Assembly: GCA_000004985.1 (NCBI GenBank)
Contig: GG738860.1
DNA from: Naegleria gruberi
Lineage: Eukaryota
Reading direction: 5' to 3' (one strand)
DNA: 64,000 nucleotides
Shown piece by piece: positions 1 through 10,795 of this stretch; positions within the stretch are counted from its first letter, which is position 1, and each line of letters opens with the position of its first letter. A model generated the notes under the pieces. That model did no database searches and was not told the origin of the DNA. It was given only the letters and a program-made list of their open reading frames with translations. The position numbers and the translations under genes were made by a program.

Positions 1-1080
1 CAAATAACAGAGAAAGATTGCTTCCAATTGACCAGTTTGAACAACTTGTTGGAGTTAAATGAGGATTTTCTTGATAATATCATTGAAAAGAGGTCACTTT
101 TCAAAAATTCTCCTTCATTTACTGAAAAGATGAGGGACAGAGGAATTGAAATGGATGAAAATGATTCAGAACTATTGGAAATCAATCAAAGAGTTCCTGA
201 AAGATTCAGGAATTCTTATTTGACAGAATTGACTGTCACCATGAGTGAAAAGAACGATTTTACAGATGGGGAATCAGAAGCATTTAATGCATTTGGTTTC
301 AGATGGAATTTAAAAGTTCAGGAAGAAGGTGATCGGTTATTGATTGATATTAACTTACTCTCCTGTATTCCCCTCAATAGGAAATTTGATTCTTATGAAA
401 ATATTAATGGAAATGATGGAGATTCTATTGAAATTTCATTCATGTTACTGAATTATGATAATAATCCTTATTCTTACATGAGTGGAAGAAAAATATTCGA
501 TCAATCTTCAATGCAACATACCTTTGAAATTTCCACTACTTTGATTGAGGAGTTCTCTGAAAATAATTTCAAATTTCTAATTGGATTGGGCTTGATATCG
601 ATTAAGGAGAGAATAACATGTCCATTCACATCCACTCAATTTGTAATTCATAATTTGTCATTTGACATTGCTTCTGATTTGAAGGATTGCTATTTGGATG
701 AAATTATTCTTTATTCGGCTCCAATTACGATATTTGGAACTAATTGGAATGTGAAATTCGTACAGAAATTAGAAAGTGGAATAATTGAACTTTATTTAAT
801 GTTGGCCTCACTTGATCTATTTGATGACAAGGCAGCCATTCATGCTTGTTGTGTGGAATTTTATTTTGCCAATAAGAATCTTCATCCAGATTCCACTTTT
901 GGTATGAAAAGAAGTTTCAATTCTCAGAATACACCTTATGGTGGTCCAATTGAGCATCAAGAATTATTAAAACCTGAAAAGAGAGTAAATCTCAATGGTG
1001 AATTGGTTGATAGATATGAAATTTCGCTCATTATGAATGTTAAGAGTATTAGTAAGAAACACTATTCGAAATTATACTAA
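1..1080 (+). CDS. 5'-truncated hypothetical protein; possible tandem MATH/TRAF-like domains
   Basis: The reading frame is open from window position 1. The ORF-track start at 28 is a TTG, so the CDS continues upstream of the window. Two internally similar modules (FGFRWNLKV... and FGTNWNVKF...) resemble MATH domains, but this is weak. Confidence 0.4.
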   Translation, partial: QITEKDCFQLTSLNNLLELNEDFLDNIIEKRSLFKNSPSFTEKMRDRGIEMDENDSELLEINQRVPERFRNSYLTELTVTMSEKNDFTDGESEAFNAFGFRWNLKVQEEGDRLLIDINLLSCIPLNRKFDSYENINGNDGDSIEISFMLLNYDNNPYSYMSGRKIFDQSSMQHTFEISTTLIEEFSENNFKFLIGLGLISIKERITCPFTSTQFVIHNLSFDIASDLKDCYLDEIILYSAPITIFGTNWNVKFVQKLESGIIELYLMLASLDLFDDKAAIHACCVEFYFANKNLHPDSTFGMKRSFNSQNTPYGGPIEHQELLKPEKRVNLNGELVDRYEISLIMNVKSISKKHYSKLY

Positions 1081-1116
1081 ACAAAACTCTTCCATTAGAA
1101 ACATATAATACTCAAT

Positions 1117-1665
1117 TTATAATAAACGACGTTTAGTTGCCAATAGTTCAGCATCATCTTCATCTCCCTTAACAATGATCAAAATCAATGCACTAACAAT
1201 TGAAGCAATTCCACACAAAATATTCAAAATACTTGCAACTAAGAGACAAATAATTGATGAAGCAACTGGTAAGTGAAGAAAATTAACACTTCTAATTCCA
1301 TAAATTATAGAAAAGGATGCATCCAAATTCATTCCAAAACAAATAGAAGCAGCAATCAATAACGCAACCTTAAAGCCAAGAATGACATTTGGTGGAATGA
1401 CACATGAAGGTTCACTTGACATGCACTTGCTCATGTCCTTTTGTAATACATTAGACATGGTGATCAAGTTTAAAATGGCCACAACCATCTGTAAGAATGA
1501 ACACAAGCTCAGTGAAATATAACTTTCGAATGGAGAAATTGGCATTTTACTTCCGGCTACATCTGTAAAGTAAAGAATGAGTGCAACCAAATTGAATACC
1601 ACCAATAGCATGGATGGAATTGCAACGAGGGAGGAGAAGAGTTTAGGAAGAAGAGGTGTGGACAT
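1117..1665 (-). CDS. small four-TM membrane protein (hypothetical)
   Basis: The ORF runs 1117..1707 on the minus strand, but its first M is a TTG. The first genuine ATG gives MSTPLLPKLF... The protein has four hydrophobic helices and an acidic C-terminus. Confidence 0.45.
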   Translation of the reverse strand: MSTPLLPKLFSSLVAIPSMLLVVFNLVALILYFTDVAGSKMPISPFESYISLSLCSFLQMVVAILNLITMSNVLQKDMSKCMSSEPSCVIPPNVILGFKVALLIAASICFGMNLDASFSIIYGIRSVNFLHLPVASSIICLLVASILNILCGIASIVSALILIIVKGDEDDAELLATKRRLL

Positions 1666-1851
1666 TGTGTGAAATGATTCGTTTTTTTTTGCTTTAGAAT
1701 AGCTCAAAATTTATCCTTTTATTTCGTCTTATGAAATTAGAATTGAATTGGATTCTAATACGGAGTGAATTTGGCTAAGACCAACAATGTGGAAATTATC
1801 TGCTCTAATTATTTTGATATTAACTTTATTTCAGTCTTCTGACTCAACAAT

Positions 1852-4800
1852 TTAAAACCACACAAATAAGACCAATATCATTAATATTGTTGAAACTCTT
1901 AAAATGCTCAACTTGTTAGCATCTGAAGTTACTATTGAACTTTTTGGTTGAATTGTTGAGCTTGTTGGAATCATTGATATTTGTGCTGAAGGTGCTGTTG
2001 GTTGCTTACAAGTATCAAGTGGTGGCAGTGAAGGAATGGCAACAGTAGGAATAGAAAACGATGTCTGTACAGCTGTGAAAGTATTTACAAAAAATGTGTA
2101 AGGATCCTGATCATTTGGTATTGTAAATGGGAAAACAACTTGTAAAACTGGAGATGATGGAACAAATGTGGAATTGTAGGTAATATTCACATTAAGGGGT
2201 GTCCAAATGACAGTAACAGAATTGGCTGATTGAACCCATGTTGAACTTTGCTCTGAAAAGAATGCAGTACCAAATCCATTCATTGATGTACCATTGTACA
2301 GACCCTTACTATGTAACCAATGACCTGGTACACTTGGAGATGTAATTAGACTTTGAGTTTTTGCAGAATTCCATGAAGAATCTCCAATATGTGCCTCTCC
2401 ATTAGTTGTAATACTTTGAACAAGAATACTCTGACCGTCAGTTCTCAAATTTTGAATACTCAATATTTTAACTACCACGAGTGGTATTCCAGGAGCGTAG
2501 GAAACTACATTCACTTGTAACATGACAACGAGACCACGTGAGGAAATTCTCTGTTGAATGAGTACTGCGGCACTTGTTTCTGATATGCTGGCCTTTAATA
2601 CAGAGCTAGTGGTATCAGGAGCATTCCATGAGGTGCTACTTTCACTGGATAGCATTGTACCTGTTGTTATTCTCAAAGTAGCAAGTCTTGAACCTTTCCA
2701 CGACAGTCTCACAATGGAGCCATCAATTTTAACAGAACCAAAGTCATAAGCAAGCCCATCAGGAATCGATCCAGCTAAATTTTGAGCAGTGACATTACCA
2801 GTTGGTGATGAAAGTGGTTGAGTTTGATATATTGTGCTATTCAAACCTGCACTATGACGAGCACAAACATTGAAATTCATTGAAATGGCTGCTTGAACCA
2901 TGAGTGGGTAAGGATCATCATTCACATTCAGTAAACCATAATTGGAATTCTCAGGGAAAGTGGTACTAATACCAAGAGCTGGCTCATCAACATACATGAA
3001 ATAGGAATTACCAACAATTAATGGATGAGATTGTAAAAAAGTATTAAAGTAGGAATAACATTTGGCACGTTGAGCTTGATTATCAACTCTCATTCCAGCT
3101 CCATGAGTGGATGGTAAGCCAGCATCCAGAGCAGGGAACGACCACTCTGTAATGATTAGAGGACGATTATAATTTCCTACCCATTGTTGTGGAGTTTGTT
3201 GAACTTGTTTTGGAATTCCCAAATTGACCTCAATAGAAGGATACCAATTGTATGTAATGACATCACAATATTTGGCTGCAATATCTACAATGTCAGGCGC
3301 TTGTCCTGGAAAACGATTACACAAATAGACATGATTTGGATCAACTTTTTTGAGTGCTTGTGAAACTGTACTGAAATAAATCTCTGCAACATTTCTAACA
3401 AATTGACGTGAGACACTGATGGCCTTCTCACTCATTGGTATGGCAGGAGAGGTATTGTTAACAAGTGTTGCGAATGAATTAATTCCTGAAATACCCCATC
3501 CATTCATAAACTCTGTTTCCAAATTGACCAAACCAAAAGTATCAATAATGAGATTTGCCCAAGCAATCTTGGCAGTGTGATTTGACTCCTTAAGCCAAGC
3601 CTGATTAAACAAACAATAGTCCTTACTGGAACAACCACTATCTCCCCACCATTGAATTTCATTATCTACAAAGTGTCCAATAACCCACGGATCATCTCTA
3701 TATTGTAAATAATCTGAAAAGGTAAAATAGAGAAAATCAGTCCATTGTGGATGGAAAACATTTGGAAATCCAGTCCAAGTGGTCTTTGGTGTAATGTCAC
3801 TAATCTTGCCTGAAAATTCATTGGTTGTGTGAGTGATTGTGTGAGCTAGTCCCTTATATCTCAAATAGGTTGACACATCAGTTCCAAGAGTATTGAATCC
3901 CCATGATAGTAATCTCTGAGCTTGTGCATTGGCCCAATTAGATTCATTTCCATATTTAATAGAAACATTGCAAAACCTCCCAAAGCTTCAGTAGCAAATT
4001 CATAATAATTAACATGGTCAACTGCAACAAAATAGAATGGATTACCAACAGGATCAATGAACCACCACTTCCCTGTTGTAATATCTTGCTCGACACGGAA
4101 AAATCCAGTGGCTTTACGTGGACACATTGAAGTACAACTCAAAGATGGATTCCATGCAGGAAATTGTCGAGTAATTGTCATATTCACAGGTACTGTCCAC
4201 GATGAGGTAACATTACTATAGACAACATTAAGAAAACCAGTGTGAAAAGCACCTCTTCCTGTAAGTACTGCTTGTGGATTTGTGATACACCAACCAAGTG
4301 AGCTAACTACACTTCCATTGGAGGCAAAAGCCCATTTTGCTTGAACTTTAGCAATACAACTGATATTGTTGCTAGGATGATATCCACCAATGGACATGGA
4401 AATAGTTGCAGTATAATCTACACCATATTGCCAATTATAGGAACTTCCACTTGAAGGAAGTGAAATTGCATCCTGAGATGAAGAAAGCCAAACGCCATTC
4501 TTCATTTCACCCAACTCTACAAAGTGACTTGAGCCAGATTGTAATGGAGATTCAACAAGATGAGTAGCCCAATAATTACTCGAATCCTTATAAATAGCAA
4601 CACCTCCAGTCAACCACACAGTATTAGTAACTTGTGAAATACGGGACAATATTCTAACATTGGTAGAGAAGGTTGTATCATTGGCCAAACTAGCTGCCAC
4701 ATGCTGAACAGTGAGAGAACCATAACCATTATCAATCCAGAATTTACCCTCTGAAATGAATGAACCATACGAAGAAGCCAACCAATTCGGAGCTCCAAAA

Positions 4801-4937
4801 GCACCATTAATATAAGCAGCAGATGAGAAATTGTCGGTTACTGTTGTGGCTGTTATTGTTGTTGTTGTCGTTGTGGTGTGGATTGTGAAAATAAGCAACA
4901 GCAACAGCATCAACAATTGTCCGCAAAGTTTGTTCAT
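1852..4937 (-). CDS. secreted glycoside hydrolase, clan GH-A (GH5-like TIM barrel), with an apparent -1 frameshift near 3972-3975
   Basis: Two overlapping ORFs, 3861..4988 and 1852..3876, sit in different frames. The N-terminus has a signal peptide (MNKLCGQLLMLLLLLIF) followed by a poly-Thr linker. The catalytic acid/base motif FVDNEIQW (NE) and the nucleophile motif ITEWS are both present. Just after the frame switch, the sequence GFNTLGTD matches the GH5 GfNtvRi consensus. The frame switch maps to an A4/T4 homopolymer run. Confidence 0.6.
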
Positions 4938-5106
4938 TTTTTTTAATGATTCGAACTCATCTTTGAAAACATTGTAATCGGCAATCATCTTTCATTTTCA
5001 ATGTGAGATCTTGTCTTGGATTTCATTCTTCTTAATTTTTTACATTTTACATTTTTTTTACATTTTTATGTTTTTTGAAAAAGAGTTTTTTTAAATTACA
5101 AAAAAA

Positions 5107-6306
5107 ATGCAATACGAAGATGACGATCCCATGAGTGAAGCCTTATCACTCAATGATCCTTCTTCCGAAGTAGAGTATGATTTGGGATCGATGCCTTTGG
5201 AAGAATTAATTGAACTATATGAAAAGATGGAGAATGATCGGATTGACTTGGAAAAATTAAATGAAATTGTTTATGAAATTTGTGATGTGTACATGGTAGA
5301 AAATAATGAAGAGAAAGTCTTTGAATGGAAACTCAAGGCAGCAGAGAAGGGAATTGTAGATGCTCAAGCAAGTGTTGCAGAAATGTATGATGAAGGGCGT
5401 GGAGTTTCGGCCAATTATGAAAAGGCATTGTATTGGTTGATTAAAGCAGCTGAGGGAGGTGATTTGGAATCACAAATACTTCTTGGTTGGTATTATGAAA
5501 AAGGAAAAGGAATGGATCAACCAAATAATGAAATGTCATTTAAATGGTATAAGCAAGCTGCTGATTTTGGGGTTGTTGATGCCATTCATAGATGTGGTTA
5601 CTCACTATTGAAGATTGGAGATGCTCAAGGTGCCATGTCATGGTTTATAAAGGGATTGGAGTGTAGGGATGGACCATCAATGGTTGAGCTTGCAGAAATG
5701 TATAGAAGTGGTGAAGGAGTAGTTAAAGATATGAAGAAGTCGTTCGAATATTACGAAATGGCAGCCAAAGTTGAGTGTAGACGAGGTCTTATGGGTGTTG
5801 GAACGGCCTATCAATTTGGATTTGGTGTTGGAGTGAATTTTGAAAAGGCAAGGCATTATTTTGAATTGGGTGCTTTACAGAACTGCCCCGGCTCAATGAA
5901 TAATCTTGCGGATATGTATTGGAAAGGCGAGGGAGTCGAACGAAATTTCCAAAAAGCCCTTGAATGGGTTAAAAAATCTATTGAACTCGGTAGTTATGAT
6001 GGAATTGCAACATATGGAGAAATGATTTTGGCTGGTGATGGTGTAGAACAAGATTACAATAAGGCATTTGAAAATTTCAAAATTGCATCAGAAAACAACT
6101 GTTCCTTTGCACATGCCCTTCTTGGAAGAATGTATGAAAATGGTTGGGGATGTGAAAAGGATATTTCCAAAGCTTTTCTATTATATCTGAAAGGAGCAAA
6201 AGAATATGATGAGGCAGCAGTCGAGAGATTGGAATCAACATTTAAGACTTCCTTGTATAAAAAGTCATTTCATCTTTGTGATGTGGTGATTACAACTGAA
6301 CCATAA
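5107..6306 (+). CDS. Sel1-like repeat (SLR/TPR-like) protein
   Basis: Single 399-aa ORF starting at a real ATG preceded by an A-run. It contains repeated Sel1 motifs such as AAEKGxxxAQxxLGxMYxxGxGV and YEKALxWxxKAAExG. Confidence 0.8.
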   Translation: MQYEDDDPMSEALSLNDPSSEVEYDLGSMPLEELIELYEKMENDRIDLEKLNEIVYEICDVYMVENNEEKVFEWKLKAAEKGIVDAQASVAEMYDEGRGVSANYEKALYWLIKAAEGGDLESQILLGWYYEKGKGMDQPNNEMSFKWYKQAADFGVVDAIHRCGYSLLKIGDAQGAMSWFIKGLECRDGPSMVELAEMYRSGEGVVKDMKKSFEYYEMAAKVECRRGLMGVGTAYQFGFGVGVNFEKARHYFELGALQNCPGSMNNLADMYWKGEGVERNFQKALEWVKKSIELGSYDGIATYGEMILAGDGVEQDYNKAFENFKIASENNCSFAHALLGRMYENGWGCEKDISKAFLLYLKGAKEYDEAAVERLESTFKTSLYKKSFHLCDVVITTEP

Positions 6307-6553
6307 TTAAATTCTAAATTTAATTTCAATATTAGTATGAAATTATTGGCCTTATTTAAGGTTGGTTGAGCTAACATCTGAAAAGTAGAGAACAAGAGCC
6401 ACCCAATTGAAAACCAAAAGCAAAGCTTCAGATGGGAATGTAACGATCTTAAATATTAATTTTAAATAGTGTGAGTGTCATCATTTAGATGACCAAGTTA
6501 GTTTCGATTTATTAAGAATTTTTTCCAATCCTTAATAGAGATGATGTACAAAA

Positions 6554-7885
6554 TTACTGTTGGAGTTTTTCTAACAATTCAGCAGTTGTTTGTTGTGGTT
6601 GAGGTGTCGTGGTATTGGAAGTGAGTGGCTCAAAAGAAATTCTCACAATTCCATATTTCATTAAGGTATCCTCTCCCATCATGTCAATTGAGGTTGATGA
6701 TGAGGAAGAAGAGAAAGTACTCGAAACTCCATGAGTTGTCCTATTGGTTTTCAATTCACAAGATTCATTTTTCTTTTGATTGACAGGTGGTTTGGCTGAA
6801 GATGGAGTTCTTTTAAATGATTTCATTGAACACAATTCATTATTAGCTAAAGATGAGAGTGATTTGTTTGAATTTTGATTGTTGGACTGAGTTTGATCCA
6901 ATACATCATTTGAATAATCCTCAAAGAAGGCATCAAATGATGAAGAGCTTTGATGCATTGAATTATTTGGTTCAAGCATTTTCTTTTCTCCTAATTCACT
7001 TGTGCTCGTTTCAGATTTGAGTTCTTCCTTCATTGATGTTTGTTTTGGTGAATTATTTGCAGTAACTCTTGGTGAAGATTGAGAGGTTGGTGAAATAGTT
7101 TTAGGTTCTGAAAGCAACATGTTGAGTGTTCTCGATGATGGTATTCTCAAATTAAATTCAGAATAGTCAATATCCTCTGATTGACTTGTTGAGCTAGTAC
7201 CACTTGGTTGAGTAGTAGGCAAAGCTCCTGTTGTTGATGACGTTCTTTTACAATCCAAATCACCCGAAGATCTTCTCTTCTTTGAGAAGAAATCAAATCG
7301 TGGAGAGGTTGATGACTTTTTCTTTTCCTCCTTATTTTCTTTCAGAGCCAATTCATCCAAACAACTAGAAACCGAAGAACTTCTCTTATATTTGGAAAAT
7401 AACTTTCTCGATGTTCTTTTCGATGTGTTATTATTATTATTATTATTTTGATCTTGATGATGATTTGTATGATTACTATTTGTTGAATTGGCATCATCCA
7501 TAGAACTAGTTGATTTTCTATTATTTCCATCTCCGTCTAATGATATTCTGCTAGCAGAATTATTTCCTTGTTGTTGTTGTGGTTGTTGTTTTCTTGATAT
7601 ATTTGCTCTGATTTTCTCAGTATCCCATACAAAAAAGTGTTCTTCTTCTTCGACAATCATTGTGGCATCTTCTATGATCATCATATCATCCTCTCCACCA
7701 CTTGAATAGTGTAGTGAAGAGGAGGAAGAGTTACGTCTTCCTCGTGGTGTATTAGAACTGGAGTGGCATCTCCTCTGTTGATGCTTTTGATTTGTTTTTG
7801 TAATAGTTGTTGTATGATTCTCTTCATGATAATGTCGTGGCGAGAGTTTCTTCTTGATGGCACCAAAGAGTTTGACAATTTGCAT
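6554..7885 (-). CDS. low-complexity S/N/Q-rich hypothetical protein
   Basis: 443-aa ORF with a real ATG at 7883-7885. It carries poly-N, poly-Q and poly-S tracts of the kind common in dictyostelid proteins. No recognisable domain. Confidence 0.45.
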   Translation of the reverse strand: MQIVKLFGAIKKKLSPRHYHEENHTTTITKTNQKHQQRRCHSSSNTPRGRRNSSSSSLHYSSGGEDDMMIIEDATMIVEEEEHFFVWDTEKIRANISRKQQPQQQQGNNSASRISLDGDGNNRKSTSSMDDANSTNSNHTNHHQDQNNNNNNNTSKRTSRKLFSKYKRSSSVSSCLDELALKENKEEKKKSSTSPRFDFFSKKRRSSGDLDCKRTSSTTGALPTTQPSGTSSTSQSEDIDYSEFNLRIPSSRTLNMLLSEPKTISPTSQSSPRVTANNSPKQTSMKEELKSETSTSELGEKKMLEPNNSMHQSSSSFDAFFEDYSNDVLDQTQSNNQNSNKSLSSLANNELCSMKSFKRTPSSAKPPVNQKKNESCELKTNRTTHGVSSTFSSSSSSTSIDMMGEDTLMKYGIVRISFEPLTSNTTTPQPQQTTAELLEKLQQ

Positions 7886-7972
7886 TTTGTTTTTCTTATT
7901 ATTGCTGTTGGGAGGTGGTGATGGTGATGAGGATGATTGTTGTTGTTGTTGTAGGTGATGATAATTGTTTCT

Positions 7973-8022
7973 NNNNNNNNNNNNNNNNNNNNNNNNNNNN
8001 NNNNNNNNNNNNNNNNNNNNNN
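7973..8022. other. assembly gap (50 N)
   Basis: Run of 50 N characters. Plus-strand ORF 7915..8145 spans it and is an artifact. Confidence 0.99.
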
Positions 8023-8433
8023 TTTGATGAGTTAAGTTTGTATGCTTTTTTATATGAGATGAATATTGAGAGTCAATTATTGGAAAACAATGAGAGAGTA
8101 ATTATGAAACGAAAGAGAATCTATATTTTCTTTGATTCCTCTTGATGAAGATGATGTGTGTTTGTTGGGAAAGTGTTCAAAAGGCAATGAAAGGAAAGAA
8201 AAAACTTCAGTGAAAGAAGTACCACAAAAGTAATGCACATATTCTTATGGGTGAAGAATGACATTTTGAGCTAGCTTTCTCATTTCAGTTTTCTCATCTT
8301 TCATAAAAGCGTTAAACTTGACGATTGTTGAGCGAAAGTAGGATTATTGTGATTGTCTGAAAAGAGAAAGCCATTTATGAAGGTATTAAGCAATTACAAT
8401 ATGGTGGTTGCCATCATGATATCTTGAAAAAAA

Positions 8434-10141
8434 ATGAGACGACTGTCAAAGCTTGTAGGTCAACTGTCAATTAGTGAAGAAGAAGAAAAGCCTCCTCAAA
8501 CTCTTCGACAAGATGTTAATCCATCATCAGCATCATCATCAATTAACAAACATCAACGAACCATTATCTTTCTAGGATGTGGTGGTTCAGGAAAAAGTAA
8601 GTTTCCATTTCGAATAAACTTTCGAAATACAAAAAGGTTCAATCATGAGAGCCATTCATCCCATACCCGAATTCCTATCTCTCAAACTTATCGATTACAT
8701 GTACGAAAACATCCTAAATATTCCAACATTTATTTTGGGCACTGATTTTGGAAAGGAATTGAAAAAACGTAAAAATCAAGAATTTTTCGAAAATGAATTT
8801 AATCATCACAGTTTAATGATTTATATGGCAAAAACTGCAAGTATTTGGGATGAGGAATTTGCAAAGAAAATTTATTCAATGTGGTGGGATCCTGGTTTTC
8901 AGAAATTTGTCTTTGAAAGGAGGAGCAGTTTCGCATACATGGATGCAGTTCATTATTTTATACAGCAACGAAATTTTAAGAGGATAATGAGGAGTGGATT
9001 TCATCCGTGCAGAGAGGATACCTTCTATTGCATGATAAAGACGACTGGATTTGTGGAAATTTCGTACAGGAGTGGATATGTTTGTGTGGATAGTGGAGGT
9101 CAGAGAACTGAACGAAAGAAATGGCCAATCCACCTGCAATATGAAGAGGGAAAAGTCATTTGTTTTGTGGTTTCTCTTTCAGAGTTTGATGAATTGTGTT
9201 ATGAGGATGATGTTACCAATCGATATGAAGAGGGATTATCAAATTGGGACACGTGGTATCATAATGAACTAGTTCAAAAATTGCCAATTTATATCATATT
9301 TAACAAGATGGACGTTTTGGAGAGGAAGGTAAAGAATGGAATTAAATTTTCTGATTATGTCAAGTCCTATGATGGTGATGATAATGATCCAGAGGCAATT
9401 TCAGAATTTATCATTCAAAGATATTTGGAAATTGATACATTCTTTAATAGAGTTGTGAAACATTTTAAAATTTCTGCCAACAACTTTGATCAATGTGTTA
9501 ATACTATCAATGAGATATTCCACATTGATGAGAGGGTGAGTCCAGAAGATGCGAATTCACAGCAACATTCTCTTCCTGTTCAAAATACAAATAACACCAG
9601 AAGGAAAGTTGTGATAAATTCGGATCTTTTAATAGAGGATGTGATTTATAGTATTTTGGAATTCATGACTTTAGAAGAATTGTTGAACATCTTCTTGTTG
9701 GTCTCAAAGAAATGGAGCAAAGCAGGATTCAAAGTTCCCATTGATTTATTCAGACCTAATATGGATAATTTGGTGAATTCTAGATTTGAGAATGTGAGGA
9801 GTTTGAGTTTGCAATCAACATTTATGCAACGACGTCATATTGAACAGTTAGCTCACAATCCAATGTTTAAAAAATTGACCTATCTCAATCTGAGTAATAA
9901 CTACTCTCTATATATGCCTGATTGGAGCTATTTATTTGAACATAATCAATTTAAATATTTGGAGAAAATAGCATTGGATGATTGCTATCTTAATTCATCA
10001 CTCGTTGATTTCCTTCTCAAAATGCCAAGATTAAAAGAAGTCTCCCTACTTGGTAATCATTTATCACCTCTAGATTTGAAACGGATTAATCATATTTTGA
10101 AGGAAGACTTTGAAGATCCACTATTGGATTTGGAAAGGTAA
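8434..10141 (+). CDS. G-protein alpha subunit-like domain fused to a C-terminal F-box-like motif and leucine-rich repeats; two exons
   Basis: Exon 1 runs 8434 to about 8596 and ends at the P-loop (IIFLGCGGSGKS). A GTAAGT..AG intron of about 40 nt follows. Exon 2 runs from about 8637 to 10141. The spliced junction reads GKS|SIMRAIH, matching the G-alpha sequence GKSTIVKQMKIIH. Later G-alpha motifs are present: DSGGQRTERKKW (the DVGGQRSERKKW switch II) and FNKMD (NKxD). After these come an F-box-like segment (LLIEDVIYSILEFMTLEELLNIFLLVSKKW) and LRRs. The switch-I catalytic Arg in RVKTTGI reads MIKTTGF here. Confidence 0.75.
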
Positions 10142-10207
10142 TCACAGAAGCTATGAGTATGAGTAGTAACACTTTATTTAATGAATTTCGAAAATGGAGC
10201 TAGAATA

Positions 10208-10666
10208 TTAACCTCCTCTCAATCTCAAAACTAAATGAACTGTTGAATCCTTTTGAAGATTGTAATCGGAGAGTTGTCTTCCATCTTCTAATTGTTTACC
10301 TGCATAAATCAATCTTTGTTGATCAGATGGAATACCTTCCTTATCAAAGATCTTTTGTTTCATATTTTGAATAGTATCATTTGATTCCATTTCAATTGTA
10401 ATTGTCTTTCCAGTTAGGGTTTTAACAAAGAGTTGCATACCACCTCTCAATCTCAATACCAAGTGAAGAGTAGAGTCTTTTTGAATATTGTAATCATTGA
10501 TCGTTCTGCCATCTTCCAATTGTTTACCAGCATAGATGAGTCTTTGTTGTTCTGGTGGAATACCTTCCTTATCTTGAACTTTTCTTTTAACATTCTCAAT
10601 TGAATCATTTGATTCAACTTCCAATGTGATGGTTTTTCCAGTAAGTGTCTTGACGAATAATTGCAT
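10208..10666 (-). CDS. tandem di-ubiquitin-like protein (two divergent ubiquitin repeats, each ending LRLRGG)
   Basis: 152 aa, made of two 76-aa repeats. Repeat 1 differs from canonical ubiquitin at about 11 of 76 positions and repeat 2 at about 13 of 76. The canonical ubiquitin lysine positions K6, K11, K27, K29, K33, K48 and K63 (checked by eye on repeat 1) and the C-terminal GG are retained. Confidence 0.85.
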   Translation of the reverse strand: MQLFVKTLTGKTITLEVESNDSIENVKRKVQDKEGIPPEQQRLIYAGKQLEDGRTINDYNIQKDSTLHLVLRLRGGMQLFVKTLTGKTITIEMESNDTIQNMKQKIFDKEGIPSDQQRLIYAGKQLEDGRQLSDYNLQKDSTVHLVLRLRGG

Positions 10667-10795
10667 TGTTGTTAACTGCTTTTTTCTTGAATTGTTTGTG
10701 TTTCATGTGGTTAGTCCTCTTTGGTTTTATTGCAAATCTTGGAAAAATATTTTTAGACAAAAGTTCTGAAGAATATGAGAAAACCTTGATGAACT

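Noticed and set aside
7915-8145. ORF 7915..8145 whose translation includes a run of X residues
   Set aside because: It spans the 50-N scaffold gap at 7973-8022, so it is an artifact of translating Ns.
8876-9272. Small ORFs 8876..9139 (-) and 9051..9272 (+) inside the G-alpha-like gene
   Set aside because: They overlap a well-supported conserved coding frame, and 9051 starts at TTG. These are spurious.
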